Assembly: GCA_964016885.1 (NCBI GenBank)
Contig: OZ024740.1
Span: 431,706,001-431,770,000 of the forward strand
DNA: 64,000 nt
Direction of reading: 5' to 3'
From: Eledone cirrhosa
Taxonomy: Eukaryota
Numbering within the stretch: the first letter of the stretch is position 1; each line of letters starts with the position of its first letter. A program made the position numbers and the translations under genes. Of this stretch, positions 1-15,000 are shown piece by piece. Below the pieces are notes generated by a model. It was not told the origin of the DNA, ran no database searches, and saw nothing but the letters and a program-made list of their open reading frames with translations.

Positions 1-3000
1 GGTCAGTTACATCTATCAATACATCCCATGTCTTGAGACACATGAGGCAGCCAAAGTGTTCCAATGACCATGGTCAGTTACATCTATCAATACATCCCAT
101 GTCTTGAGACACATGAGGCAGCCAAAGTGTTCCAATGACCATGGTCAGTTACATCTATCAATACATCCCATGTCTTGAGTCACATGAGGCAGCCAAAGTG
201 CTCCAATGACCACGGTCAGTTACATCTATCAATACATCCCATGTCTTGAGACACATGGGGCAGTGAAAGTCTTCAAATGACCATGGTCAGTTACATCTAT
301 CAATACATCCCATGTCTTGAGACACATGAGACAACCAAAGTGTTCCAATGACCACGGTCAGTTACATCTATCAATACATCCCATGTCTTGAGACACATGA
401 GACAACCAAAGTGTTCCAATGACCACGGTCAGTTACATCTATCAATACATCCCATGTCTTGAGACACATGAGACAACCAAAGTGTTCCAATGACCACGGT
501 CAGTTACATCTATCAATACATCCCATGTCTTGAGACACATGAGACAGCCAAAGTGTTCCAATGACCACGGTCAGTTGTATCTAACAATACATCCCATGTC
601 TTGAGACACATGAGGCAGCCAAAGTATTCAAATGACCATGGTCAGTTACATCTATCAATACATCCCATGTCTTGAGACACATGAGGCAGCCAAAGTGTTC
701 CAATGACCACGGTCAGTTACATCTATCAATACATCCCATGTCTTGAGACACATGAGGCAGCCAAAGTGTTCCAATGACCACGGTCAGATGTATCTATCAA
801 TACATCCCATGTCTTGAGACACATGAGACAGCCAAAGTGTTCCAATGACCACGGTCAGTTACATCTATCAATACATCCCATGTCTTGAGACAAATGAGAC
901 AGCCAAAGTGCTCCAATGACCAGTCAGTTACATCTATCAATACATCCCATGTCTTGAGACACATGAGGCAGCCAAAGTGTTCCAATGACCACGGTCAGTT
1001 ACATCTATCAATACATCCCATGTCTTGAGACAAATGAGACAGCCAAAGTGCTCCAATGACCAGTCAGTTACATCTATCAATACATCCCATGTCTTGAGAC
1101 ACATGAGGCAGCCAAAGTGTTCCAATGACCACAGTCAGTTACATCTATCAATACATCCCATGTCTTGAGACACATGAGGCAGCCAAAGTGTTCCAATGAC
1201 CACGGTCAGATGTATCTATCAATACATCCCATGTCTTGAGACACATGAGACAGCCAAAGTGTTCCAATGACCACGGTCAGTTACATCTATCAATACATCC
1301 CATGTCTTGAGACAAATGAGACAGCCAAAGTGCTCCAATGACCAGTCAGTTACATCTATCAATACATCCCATGTCTTGAGACACATGAGGCAGCCAAAGT
1401 GTTCCAATGACCACGGTCAGTTACATCTATCAATACATCCCATGTCTTGAGACAAATGAGACAGCCAAAGTGCTCCAATGACCAGTCAGTTACATCTATC
1501 AATACATCCCATGTCTTGAGACACATGAGGCAGCCAAAGTGTTCCAATGACCACAGTCAGTTACATCTATCAATACATCCCATGTCTTGAGACACATGAG
1601 GCAGCCAAAGTGTTCCAATGACCACGGTCAGTTACATCTATCAATACATCCCATGTCTTGAGACAAATGAGACAGCCAAAGTGCTCCAATGACCATGGTC
1701 AGTTACATCTATCAATACATCCCATGCCTTGAGTCACATGAGGCAGCCAAAGTGTTCCAATGACCATGGTCAGTTACATCTATCAATACATCCCATGTCT
1801 TGAGACACATGAGGCAGCCAAAGTGTTCCAATGACCATGGTCAGTTACATCTATCAATACATCCCATGTCTTGAGACACATGAGGCAGCCAAAGTGTTCC
1901 AATGACCATGGTCAGTTACATCTATCAATACATCCCATGTCTTGAGACACATGAGGCAGCCAAAGTGTTCCAATGACCATGGTCAGTTACATCTATCAAT
2001 ACATCCCATGTCTTGAGTCACATGAGGCAGCCAAAGTGCTCCAATGACCACGGTCAGTTACATCTATCAATACATCCCATGTCTTGAGACACATGAGACA
2101 GCCAAAGTGTTCCAATGACCACGGTCAGTTGTATCTAACAATACATCCCATGTTTTAAGACACATGAGGCAGCCAAAGTGTTCCAATGACCATGGTCAGT
2201 TACATCTATCAATACATCCCATGTCTTGAGTCACATGAGGCAGCCAAAGTGCTCCAATGACCACGGTCAGTTACATCTATCAATACATCCCATGCCTTGA
2301 GACACATGAGGCAGCCAAAGTGTTCCAATGACCATGGTCAGTTACATCTATCAATACATCCCATGTCTTGAGACACATGAGGCAGCCAAAGTGTTCCAAT
2401 GACCATGGTCAGTTACATCTATCAATACATCCCATGTCTTGAGACACATGAGGCAGCCAAAGTGTTCCAATGACCATGGTCAGTTACATCTATCAATACA
2501 TCCCATGTCTTGAGACACATGAGGCAGCCAAAGTGTTCCAATGACCATGGTCAGTTACATCTATCAATACATCCCATGTCTTGAGACACATGAGGCAGCC
2601 AAAGTGTTCCAATGACCATGGTCAGTTACATCTATCAATACATCCCATGTCTTGAGACACATGAGGCAGCCAAAGTGTTCCAATGACCATGGTCAGTTAC
2701 ATCTATCAATACATCCCATGTCTTGAGACACATGAGGCAGCCAAAGTGTTCCAATGACCATGGTCAGTTACATCTATCAATACATCCCATGTCTTGAGAC
2801 ACATGAGACAGCCAAAGTGTTCCAATGACCATGGTCAGTTACATCTATCAATACATCCCATGTCTTGAGACACATGAGGCAGCCAAAGTGTTCCAATGAC
2901 CATGGTCAGTTACATCTATCAATACATCCCATGTCTCGAGACATGAGGCAGCCAAAGTGTTCCAATGACCACGGTCAGTTACATCTATCAATACATCCCA

Positions 3001-6000
3001 TGTCTTGAGACACATGAGGCAGCCAAAGTGTTCCAATGACCACGGTCAGTTACATCTATCAATACATCCCATGCCTTGAGACACATGAGGCAGCCAAAGT
3101 GTTCCAATGACCACGGTCAGTTACATCTATCAATACATGCCATGCCTTGAGACACATGAGACAGCCAAAGTGTTCCAATGACCACGGTCAGTTACATCTA
3201 TCAATACATCCCATGCCTTGAGACACATGAGGCAGCCAAAGTGTTCCAATTACCATGGTCAGTTACATCTATCAATACATCCCATGTCTTGAGTCACATG
3301 AGGCAGCCAAAGTGCTCCAATGACCACGCTCAGTTACATCTATCAATACATCCCATGTCTTGAGACACAAGACAACCAAAGTGCTCCAATGACCACGGTC
3401 AGTTACATCTATCAATACATCCCATGTCTTGAGTCACATGAGGCAGCTAAAGTGCTCCAATGACCATGGTCAGTTGTATCTATCAATACATCCCATGTCT
3501 TGAGACACATGAGGCAGCCAAAGTGTTCCAATGACAACGGTCAGTTACATCTATCAATACATCCCATGTCTTGAGATACAAGACAACCAAAGTGTTCCAA
3601 TGACCATGGTCAGTTACATCTATCAATACATGCCATGTCTTGAAACACATGAGACAGCCAAAGTGTTCCAATGACCACGGTCAGTTACACCTATCAATAC
3701 ATCCCATGCCTTGAGACACATGAGACAGCCAAAGTGTTCCAATGACCATGGTCAGTTACACCTATCAATACATGCCATGTCTTGAAACACATGAGACAGC
3801 CAAAGTGTTCCAATGACCACGGTCAGTTACATCTATCAATGCATCCCATGCCTTGAGACATGAGACAGCCAAAGTGTTCCAATGACCACGGTCAGTTATA
3901 TCTATCAATACATCCCATGTCTTGAGACACATGGGGCAGTGAAAGTCTTCAAATAACCATGGTCAGTTACATCTATCAATACATCCCATGTCTTGAGACA
4001 CATGAGGAAGCCAAAGTGTTCCAATGACCATGGTCAGTTACATCTATCAATACATCCCATGCCTTGAGACACATGAGACAGCCAAAGTGTTCCAATGACC
4101 ACGGTCAGTTACATCTATCAATACATCCCATGTCTTGAGACACATGAGGCAGCCAAAGTGTTCCAATGACCACGGTCAGTTACATCTGTCAATACATCCC
4201 ATGTCTTGATACACGAGGCAGCCAAAGTGTTCCAATGACCACGGTCAGCTACATCTATCAATACATCCCATGTCTTGATACACATGAGGCAGCCAAAGTG
4301 CTCCAATGACCACGGTCAGTTACATCTGTCAATACATCCCATGTCTTGAGACACATAAGACAGCCAAAGTGTTCCTATGACCATGGTCAGTTACATCTAT
4401 CAATACATCCCATGTCTTGAGACAAGAGACAGCCAAAGTGTTCCAATGACCACGGTCAGCTACATCTATCAATACATCCCATGTCTTGAGACACATGGGG
4501 CAGTGAAAGTCTTCAAATGACCATGGTCAGTTACATCTATCAATACATCCCATGTCTTGAGACACATGAGGCAGCCAAAGTGTTCCAATGACCATGGTCA
4601 GTTACATCTATCAATACATCCCATGTCTTGAGACACATGAGGCAGCCAAAGTGTTCCAATGACCACGGTCAGATGTATCTATCAATACATCCCATGTCTT
4701 GAGACACATGAGACAGCCAAAGTGTTCCAATGACCACGGTCAGTTACATCTATCAATACATCCCATGCCTTGAGACACATGAGGCAGCCAAAGTGTTCCA
4801 ATGACCATGGTCAGTTACATCTATCAATAAGTCCCATGTCTTGAGACACATGAGGCAGCCAAAGTGTTCCAATGACCATGGTCAGTTACATCTATCAATA
4901 CATCCCATGTCTTGAGACACATGAGGCAGCCAAAGTGTTCCAATGACCACGGTCAGTTACATCTATCAATACATCCCATGTCTTGGGACACATGAGGCAG
5001 CCAAAGTGTTCCAATGACCACGGTCAGTTACATCTATCAATACATCCCATGTCTTGAGACACATGAGGCAGCCAAAGTGTTCCAATGACCACGGTCAGTT
5101 ACATCTATCAATACATCCCATGTCTTGAGACACATGAGGCAGCCAAAGTGTTCCAATGACCACGGTCAGTTACATCTATCAATACATCCCATGTCTTGAG
5201 ACAAATGAGACAGCCAAAGTGCTCCAATGACCAGTCAGTTACATCTATCAATACATCCCATGTCTTGAGACACATGAGGCAGCCAAAGTGTTCCAATGAC
5301 CACGGTCAGTTACATCTATCAATACATCCCATGTCTTGAGACACATGAGGCAGCCAAAGTGTTCCAATGGCCATGGTCAGTTACGTCTATCAATACATCC
5401 CATGTCTTGAGACACATGATGCAGCCAAAGTGTTCCAATGACCATGGTCAGTTACATCTATCAATACATCCCATGTCTTGAGACACATGAGGCAGCCAAA
5501 GTGTTCCAATGACCATGGTCAATTGTATCTATCAATACATCCCATGTCTTGAGACACATGAGGCAGCCAAAGTGTTCCAATGACCATGGTCAGTTACATC
5601 TTTCAATACATCCCATGTCTTGAGACATGAGACAGCTAAAGTGTTCCAATGACCATGGTCAGTTACATCTATCAATACATCCCATGTCTTGAGACATATG
5701 AGGCAGCCAAAGTGTTCCAATGACCATGGTCAATTGTATCTATCAATACATCCCATGTCTTGAGATACATGAGACAACCAAAGTGTTCAAATGGCCATGG
5801 TCAGTTACATCTATCAATACATCCCATGTCTTGAGACACATGAGACAGCCAAAGTGTTCCAATGACCATGGTCAGTTACATCTATCAATACATCCCATGT
5901 CTTGAGACACATGAGACAACCAAAGTGTTCCAATGACCATGGTCAGTTACATCTATCAATACATCCCATGTCTTGAGACACATGAGGCAGCCAAAGTGTT

Positions 6001-9000
6001 CCAATGACCACGGTCAGTTACATCTATCAATACATCCCATGTCTTGAGTCACATGAGGCAGCAGAAGTGTTCCAATGACCACGGTCAGTTGTATCTATCA
6101 ATACATCCCATGTCTTGAGACACATGAGACAACCAAAGTGTTCCAATGACCATGGTCAGTTACATCTATCAATACATCCCATGTCTTGAGACACATGAGG
6201 CAGCCAAAATGTTCCAATGACCATGGTCAGTTACATCTATCAATACATCCCATGTCTTGAGACACATGAGACAACCAAAGTGTTCCAATGACCATGGTCA
6301 GTTACATCTATGAATACATCCCATGTCTTGAGTCACATGAGGCAGCCAAAGCGTTCCAATGACCAAGGTCAGTTACATCTATCAATACATCCCATGTCTT
6401 GAGACACATGAGACAACCAAAGTGTTCCAATGACCATGGTCAGTTACATCTATCAATACATCCCATGTCTTGAGACACATGAGACAACCAAAGTGTTCCA
6501 ATGACCATGGTCAGTTACATCTATCAATACATCCCATGTCTTGAGACACATGAGACAACCAAAGTGTTCCAATGACCATGGTCAGTTACATCTATCAATA
6601 CATCCCATGTCTTGAGACACATGAGACAACCAAAGTGTTCCAATGACCATGGTCAGTTACATCTATCAATACATCCCATGTCTTGAGACACATGAGGCAG
6701 CCAAAGTGTTCCAATGACCATGGTCAGTTACATCTATCAATACATCCCATGTCTTGAGACACATGAGGCAGCCAAAGTGTTCCAATGACCATGGTCAGTT
6801 ACATCTATCAATACATCCCATGTCTTGAGTCACATGAGGCAGCCAAAGTGTTCCAATGACCATGGTCAGTTACATCTATCAATACATCCCATGTCTTGAG
6901 ACACATGAGGCAGCCAAAGTGTTCCAATGACCACGGTCAGTTGTATCTATCAATACATCCCATGCCTTGAGATACATGAGGCAGCCAAAGTGTTCCAATG
7001 ACCATGGTCAGTTACATCTATCAATACATCCCATGTCTTGAGACACATGAGACAACCAAAGTGTTCCAATGACCACTGTCAGTTACATCTATCAATACAT
7101 TCCATGTCTTGAGACACATGAGACAACCAAAGTGTTCCAATGACCATGGTCAGTTACATCTATCAATACATGCCATGTCTTGAGACACATGAGACAACCA
7201 AAGTGTTCCAATGACCATGGTCAGTTACATCTATCAATACATCCCATGTCTTGAGACACATGAGGCAGCCAAAGTGTTCCAATGACCATGGTCAGTTACA
7301 TCTATCAATACATCCCATGTCTTGAGTCACATGAGGCAGCCAAAGTGTTCCAATGACCATGGTCAGTTACATCTATCAATACATCCCATGTCTTGAGACA
7401 CATGAGGCAGCCAAAGTGTTCCAATGACCACGGTCAGTTGTATCTATCAATACATCCCATGCCTTGAGATACATGAGGCAGCCAAAGTGTTCCAATGACC
7501 ATGGTCAGTTACATCTATCAATACATCCCATGTCTTGAGACACATGAGACAACCAAAGTGTTCCAATGACCACTGTCAGTTACATCTATCAATACATCCC
7601 ATGTCTTGAGACACATGAGGCAGCCAAAGTGTTCCAATGACCATGGTCAGTTACATCTATCAATACATCCCATGTCTTGAGTCACATGAGGCAGCCAAAG
7701 TGTTCCAATGACCATGGTCAGTTACATCTATCAATACATCCCATGTCTTGAGACACATGAGGCAGCCAAAGTGTTCCAATGACCACGGTCAGATGTATCT
7801 ATCAATACATCCCATGTCTTGAGACACATGAGACAGCCAAAGTGTTCCAATGACCACGGTCAGTTACATCTATCAATACATCCCATGCCTTGAGACACAT
7901 GACGCAGCCAAAGTGTTCCAATGACCATGGTCAGTTACATCTATCAATAAGTCCCATGTCTTGAGACACATGAGGCAGCCAAAGTGTTCCAATGACCATG
8001 GTCAGTTACATCTATCAATACATCCCATGTCTTGAGACACATGAGGCAGCCAAAGTGTTCCAATGACCACGGTCAGTTACATCTATCAATACATCCCATG
8101 TCTTGAGACACATGAGGCAGCCAAAGTGTTCCAATGACCACGGTCAGTTACATCTATCAATACATCCCATGTCTTGAGACACATGAGGCAGCCAAAGTGT
8201 TCCAATGACCACGGTCAGTTACATCTATCAATACATCCCATGTCTTGAGACAAATGAGACAGCCAAAGTGCTCCAATGACCAGTCAGTTACATCTATCAA
8301 TACATCCCATGTCTTGAGACACATGAGGCAGCCAAAGTGTTCCAATGACCACGGTCAGTTACATCTATCAATACATCCCATGTCTTGAGACACATGAGGC
8401 AGCCAAAGTGTTCCAATGGCCATGGTCAGTTACGTCTATCAATACATCCCATGTCTTGAGACACATGATGCAGCCAAAGTGTTCCAATGACCATGGTCAG
8501 TTACATCTATCAATACATCCCATGTCTTGAGACACATGAGGCAGCCAAAGTGTTCCAATGACCATGGTCAATTGTATCTATCAATACATCCCATGTCTTG
8601 AGACACATGAGGCAGCCAAAGTGTTCCAATGACCATGGTCAGTTACATCTATCAATACATCCCATGTCTTGAGACATGAGACAGCTAAAGTGTTCCAATG
8701 ACCATGGTCAGTTACATCTATCAATACATCCCATGTCTTGAGACATATGAGGCAGCCAAAGTGTTCCAATGACCATGGTCAATTGTATCTATCAATACAT
8801 CCCATGTCTTGAGATACATGAGACAACCAAAGTGTTCAAATGGCCATGGTCAGTTACATCTATCAATACATCCCATGTCTTGAGACACATGAGACAGCCA
8901 AAGTGTTCCAATGACCATGGTCAGTTACATCTATCAATACATCCCATGTCTTGAGACACATGAGACAACCAAAGTGTTCCAATGACCATGGTCAGTTACA

Positions 9001-12000
9001 TCTATCAATACATCCCATGTCTTGAGACACATGAGGCAGCCAAAGTGTTCCAATGACCACGGTCAGTTACATCTATCAATACATGCCATGTCTTGAGTCA
9101 CATGAGGCAGCAGAAGTGTTCCAATGACCACGGTCAGTTGTATCTATCAATACATCCCATGTCTTGAGACACATGAGACAACCAAAGTGTTCCAATGACC
9201 ATGGTCAGTTACATCTATCAATACATCCCATGTCTTGAGACACATGAGGCAGCCAAAATGTTCCAATGACCATGGTCAGTTACATCTATCAATACATCCC
9301 ATGTCTTGAGACACATGAGACAACCAAAGTGTTCCAATGACCATGGTCAGTTACATCTATGAATACATCCCATGTCTTGAGTCACATGAGGCAGCCAAAG
9401 CGTTCCAATGACCAAGGTCAGTTACATCTATCAATACATCCCATGTCTTGAGACACATGAGACAACCAAAGTGTTCCAATGACCATGGTCAGTTACATCT
9501 ATCAATACATCCCATGTCTTGAGACACATGAGACAACCAAAGTGTTCCAATGACCATGGTCAGTTACATCTATCAATACATCCCATGTCTTGAGACACAT
9601 GAGACAACCAAAGTGTTCCAATGACCATGGTCAGTTACATCTATCAATACATCCCATGTCTTGAGACACATGAGACAACCAAAGTGTTCCAATGACCATG
9701 GTCAGTTACATCTATCAATACATCCCATGTCTTGAGACACATGAGGCAGCCAAAGTGTTCCAATGACCATGGTCAGTTACATCTATCAATACATCCCATG
9801 TCTTGAGACACATGAGGCAGCCAAAGTGTTCCAATGACCATGGTCAGTTACATCTATCAATACATCCCATGTCTTGAGTCACATGAGGCAGCCAAAGTGT
9901 TCCAATGACCATGGTCAGTTACATCTATCAATACATCCCATGTCTTGAGACACATGAGGCAGCCAAAGTGTTCCAATGACCACGGTCAGTTGTATCTATC
10001 AATACATCCCATGCCTTGAGATACATGAGGCAGCCAAAGTGTTCCAATGACCATGGTCAGTTACATCTATCAATACATCCCATGTCTTGAGACACATGAG
10101 ACAACCAAAGTGTTCCAATGACCACTGTCAGTTACATCTATCAATACATTCCATGTCTTGAGACACATGAGACAACCAAAGTGTTCCAATGACCATGGTC
10201 AGTTACATCTATCAATACATGCCATGTCTTGAGACACATGAGACAACCAAAGTGTTCCAATGACCATGGTCAGTTACATCTATCAATACATCCCATGTCT
10301 TGAGACACATGAGGCAGCCAAAGTGTTCCAATGACCATGGTCAGTTACATCTATCAATACATCCCATGTCTTGAGTCACATGAGGCAGCCAAAGTGTTCC
10401 AATGACCATGGTCAGTTACATCTATCAATACATCCCATGTCTTGAGACACATGAGGCAGCCAAAGTGTTCCAATGACCACGGTCAGTTGTATCTATCAAT
10501 ACATCCCATGCCTTGAGATACATGAGGCAGCCAAAGTGTTCCAATGACCATGGTCAGTTACATCTGTCAATACATCCCATGTCTTGAGACACATGAGACA
10601 ACCAAAGTGTTCCAATGACCACTGTCAGTTACATCTATCAATACATTCCATGTCTTGAGACACATGAGACAACCAAAGTGTTCCAATGACCATGGTCAGT
10701 TACATCTATCAATACATGCCATGTCTTGAGACACATGAGACAACCAAAGTGTTCCAATGACCATGGTCAGTTACATCTATCAATACATGCCATGTCTTGA
10801 GACACATGAGACAACCAAAGTGTTCCAATGACCATGGTCAGTTACATCTATCAATACATTCCATGTCTTGAGACACATGAGACAACCAAAGTGTTCCAAT
10901 GACCATGGTCAGTTACATCTATCAATACATGCCATGTCTTGAGACACATGAGACAACCAAAGTGTTCCAATGACCACGGTCAGTTACATCTATCAATACA
11001 TCCCATGTCTTCAGACACATGAGACAACCAAAGTGTTCCAATGGCCATGGTCAGTTACATCTATCAATACATGCCATGTCTTGAGACACATGAGACAACC
11101 AAAGTGTTCCAATGACCACGGTCAGTTACATCTATCAATACATCCCATGTCTTGAGACACATGAGACAACCAAAGTGTTCCAATGGCCATGGTCAGTTAC
11201 ATCTATCAATACATCCCATCCCTTGAGACACATGAGGCAGCCAAAGTGTTCCAATGACCACGGTCAGTTACATCTATCAATACATCCCATGTCTTGAGAC
11301 ACATGAGGCAGCCAAAGTGTTCCAATGACCACGGTCAGTTACATCTATCAATACATCCCATGTCTTGAGACACATGAGGCAACCAAAGTGTTCCAATGAC
11401 CATGGTCAGTTGTATCTATCAATACATCCCATGTCTTGAGACACATGAGGCAGCCAAAGTGTTCCAATGACCACGGTCAGTTACATCTATCGATACATCC
11501 CATGTCTTGAGACACATGGGGCAGCGAAAGTCTTCAAATGACCACGGTCAGTTACATCTATCAATACATCCCATGTCTTGAGACACATGAGGCAGCCAAA
11601 GTGTTCCAATCACCATGGTCAGTTCGATCTATCAATACATCCCATGTCTTGAGACACATGAGACAGCCAAAGTGTTCCAATGACCATGGTCAGTTACATC
11701 TATCAATACATCCCATGTCTTGAGACACATGAGACAACCAAAGTGTTCCAATGACCACGGTCAGTTACATCTATCAATACATCCCATGTCTTGAGACACA
11801 TGAGGCAGCCTAAGTGTTCCAATGACCACGGTCAGTTACATCTATCAATACATCCCATGCCTTGAGATACATGAGACAACCAAAGTGTTCCAATGACCAT
11901 GGTCAGTTACATCTATCAATACATCCCATGTCTTGAGACACATGAGACAACCAAAGTGTTCCAATGACCACGGTCAGTTACATCTATCAATACATCCCAT

Positions 12001-15000
12001 GTCTTGAGACACATGAGGCAGCCAAAGTGTTCCAATGGCCATGGTCAGTTACATCTGTCAATACATCCCATGTCTTGAGACACATGAGACAGCCAAACTG
12101 TTCCAATGACCACGGTCAGTTACATCTATCAATACATCCCATGTCTTGAGACACATGAGACAGCCAAAGTGTTCCAATGACCACGGTCAGTTGTATCTAT
12201 CAATACATCCCATGCCTTGAGATACATGAGACAACCAAAGTGTTCCAATGACCATGGTCAGTTACATCTGTCAATATATCCCATCCCTTGAGATACATGA
12301 GGCAGCCAAAGTGTTCCAATGACCACGGTCAGTTACATCTATCAATACATCCCATGTCTTGAGTCACATGAGGCAGCCAAAGTGTTCCAATGACCATGGT
12401 CAGTTACATCTATCAATACATCCCATGTCTTGAGACACATGAGGCAGCCAAAGTGTTCCAATGACCACGGTCAGTTACATCTATCAATACATCCCATGTC
12501 TTGAGACACATGAGGCAGCCAAAGTGTTCCAATGGCCATGGTCAGTTACATCTATCAATACATCCCATGTCTTGAGACACATGAGGCAGCCAAAGTGTTC
12601 CAATGGCCATGGTCAGTTACATCTATCAATACATCCCATGTCTTGAGACACATGATGCAGCCAAAGTGTTCCAATGACCATGGTCAGTTACATCTATCAA
12701 TACATCCCATGTCTTGAGACACATGAGGCAGCCAAAGTGTTCCAATGGCCATGGTCAGTTGTATCTATCAATACATCCCATGTCTTGAGACACGTGAGGC
12801 AGCCAAAGTGTTCCAATGACCAGTCAGTTACATCTATCAATACATGCCATGTCTTGAGACACATGAGGCAGCCAAAGTGTTCCAATGGCCATGGTCAGTT
12901 ACATCTATCAATACATCCCATGTCTTGAGACACATGAGACAACCAAAGTGTTCCAATGGCCATGGTCAGTTACATCTATCAATACATCCCATGTCTTGAG
13001 ACACATGAGGCAGCCAAAGTGTTCCAATGGCCATGGTCAGTTACATCTATCAATACATCCCATGTCTTGAGACACATGAGACAGCCAAACTGTTCCAATG
13101 ACCACGGTCAGTTACATCTATCAATATATCCCATGTCTTGAGACACATGATGCAGCCAAAGTGTTCCAATGACCATGGTCAGTTACATCTATTAATACAT
13201 CCCATGTCTTGAGACACATGAGGCAGCGTAAGTGCTCCAATGACCATGGTCAGTTACATCTATCAATACATCCCATGTCTTGAGACACATGAGGCAGCAA
13301 AAGTGTTCCAATGACCACGGTCAGTTACATCTATCAATACATGCCATGTCTTGAGACACATGAGACAACCAAAGTGTTCCAATGACCACAGTCAGTTACA
13401 TCTATCAATACATGCCATGTCTTGAGACACATGAGACAACCAAAGTGTTCCAATGACCACAGTCAGTTACATCTATCAATACATGCCATGTCTTGAGACA
13501 CATGAGACAACCAAAGTGTTCCAATGACCACAGTCAGTTACATCTATCAATACATGCCATGTCTTGAGACACATGAGACAACCAAAGTGTTCCAATGACC
13601 ATGGTCAGTTACATCTATCAATACATGCCATGTCTTGAGACACATGAGACAGCCAAACTGTTCCAATGACCACGGTCAGTTACATCTATCAATACATCCC
13701 ATGTCTTGAGACACATGAGACAACCAAAGTGTTCCAATGACCACTCAGTTACATCTATCAATACATCCCATGTCTTGAGTCACGAGGCAGCCAAAGTGTT
13801 CCAATGACCATGGTCAGTTGTATCTATCAATACATCCCATGTCTTGAGACACGTGAGGCAGCCAAAGTATTCCAATGACCAGTCAGTTACATCTATCAAT
13901 ACATCCCATGTCTTGAGATACATGAGGCAGCCAAAGTGTTCCAATGACCATGGTCAGTTACATCTATCAATACATCCCATGTCTTGAGACACATGAGGCA
14001 GCCAAAGTGCTCCAATGACCACGGTCAGTTACATCTATCAATACATCCCATGTCTTGAGACACATGATGCAGCCAAAGTGTTCCAATGACCATGGTCAGT
14101 TACATTTATCAATACATCACATGTCTTGAGACACATGAGGCAGCCAAAGTGTTCCAATGACCATGGTCAGTTGTATCTATCAATACATCCCATGTCTTGA
14201 GACACGTGAGGCAGCCAAAGTATTCCAATGACCAGTCAGTTACATCTATCAATACATCCCATGTCTTGAGATACATGAGGCAGCCAAAGTGTTCCAATGA
14301 CCATGGTCAGTTACATCTATCAATACATCCCATGTCTTGAGACACATGAGGCAGCCAAAGTGCTCCAATGACCACGGTCAGTTACATCTATCAATACATC
14401 CCATGTCTTGAGACACATGAGGCAGCCAAAGTGTTCCAATGACCATGGTCAGTTACATCTATCAATACATCCCATGCCTTGAGACACACGAGGCAGCCAA
14501 ACTGTTCCAATGACCACGGTCAGTTACATCTATCAATACATCCCATGTCTTGAGACGCATGATGCAGCCAAAGTGTTCCAATGACCATGGTCAGTTACAT
14601 CTATCAATACATCCCATGTCTTGAGACATGAGGCAGCATAAGTGCTCCAATGACCACGGTCAGTTACATCTATCAATACATCCCATGTCTCGAGACATGA
14701 GGCAGCCAAAGTGTTCCAATGACCATGGTCAGTTACATCTATCAATACATCCCATGTCTTGAGACACATGAGACAACCAAAGTGTTCCAATGACCACGGT
14801 CAGTTACATCTATCAATACATCCCATGTCTTGAGACACATGAGACAACCAAAGTGTTCCAATGACCACGGTCAGTTACATCTATCAATACATCCCATGTC
14901 TTGAGACACATGAGGCAGCCAAAGTGTTCCAATGACCATGGTCAGTTACATCTATCAATACATCCCATGTCTTGAGACACATGAGACAACCAAAGTGTTC

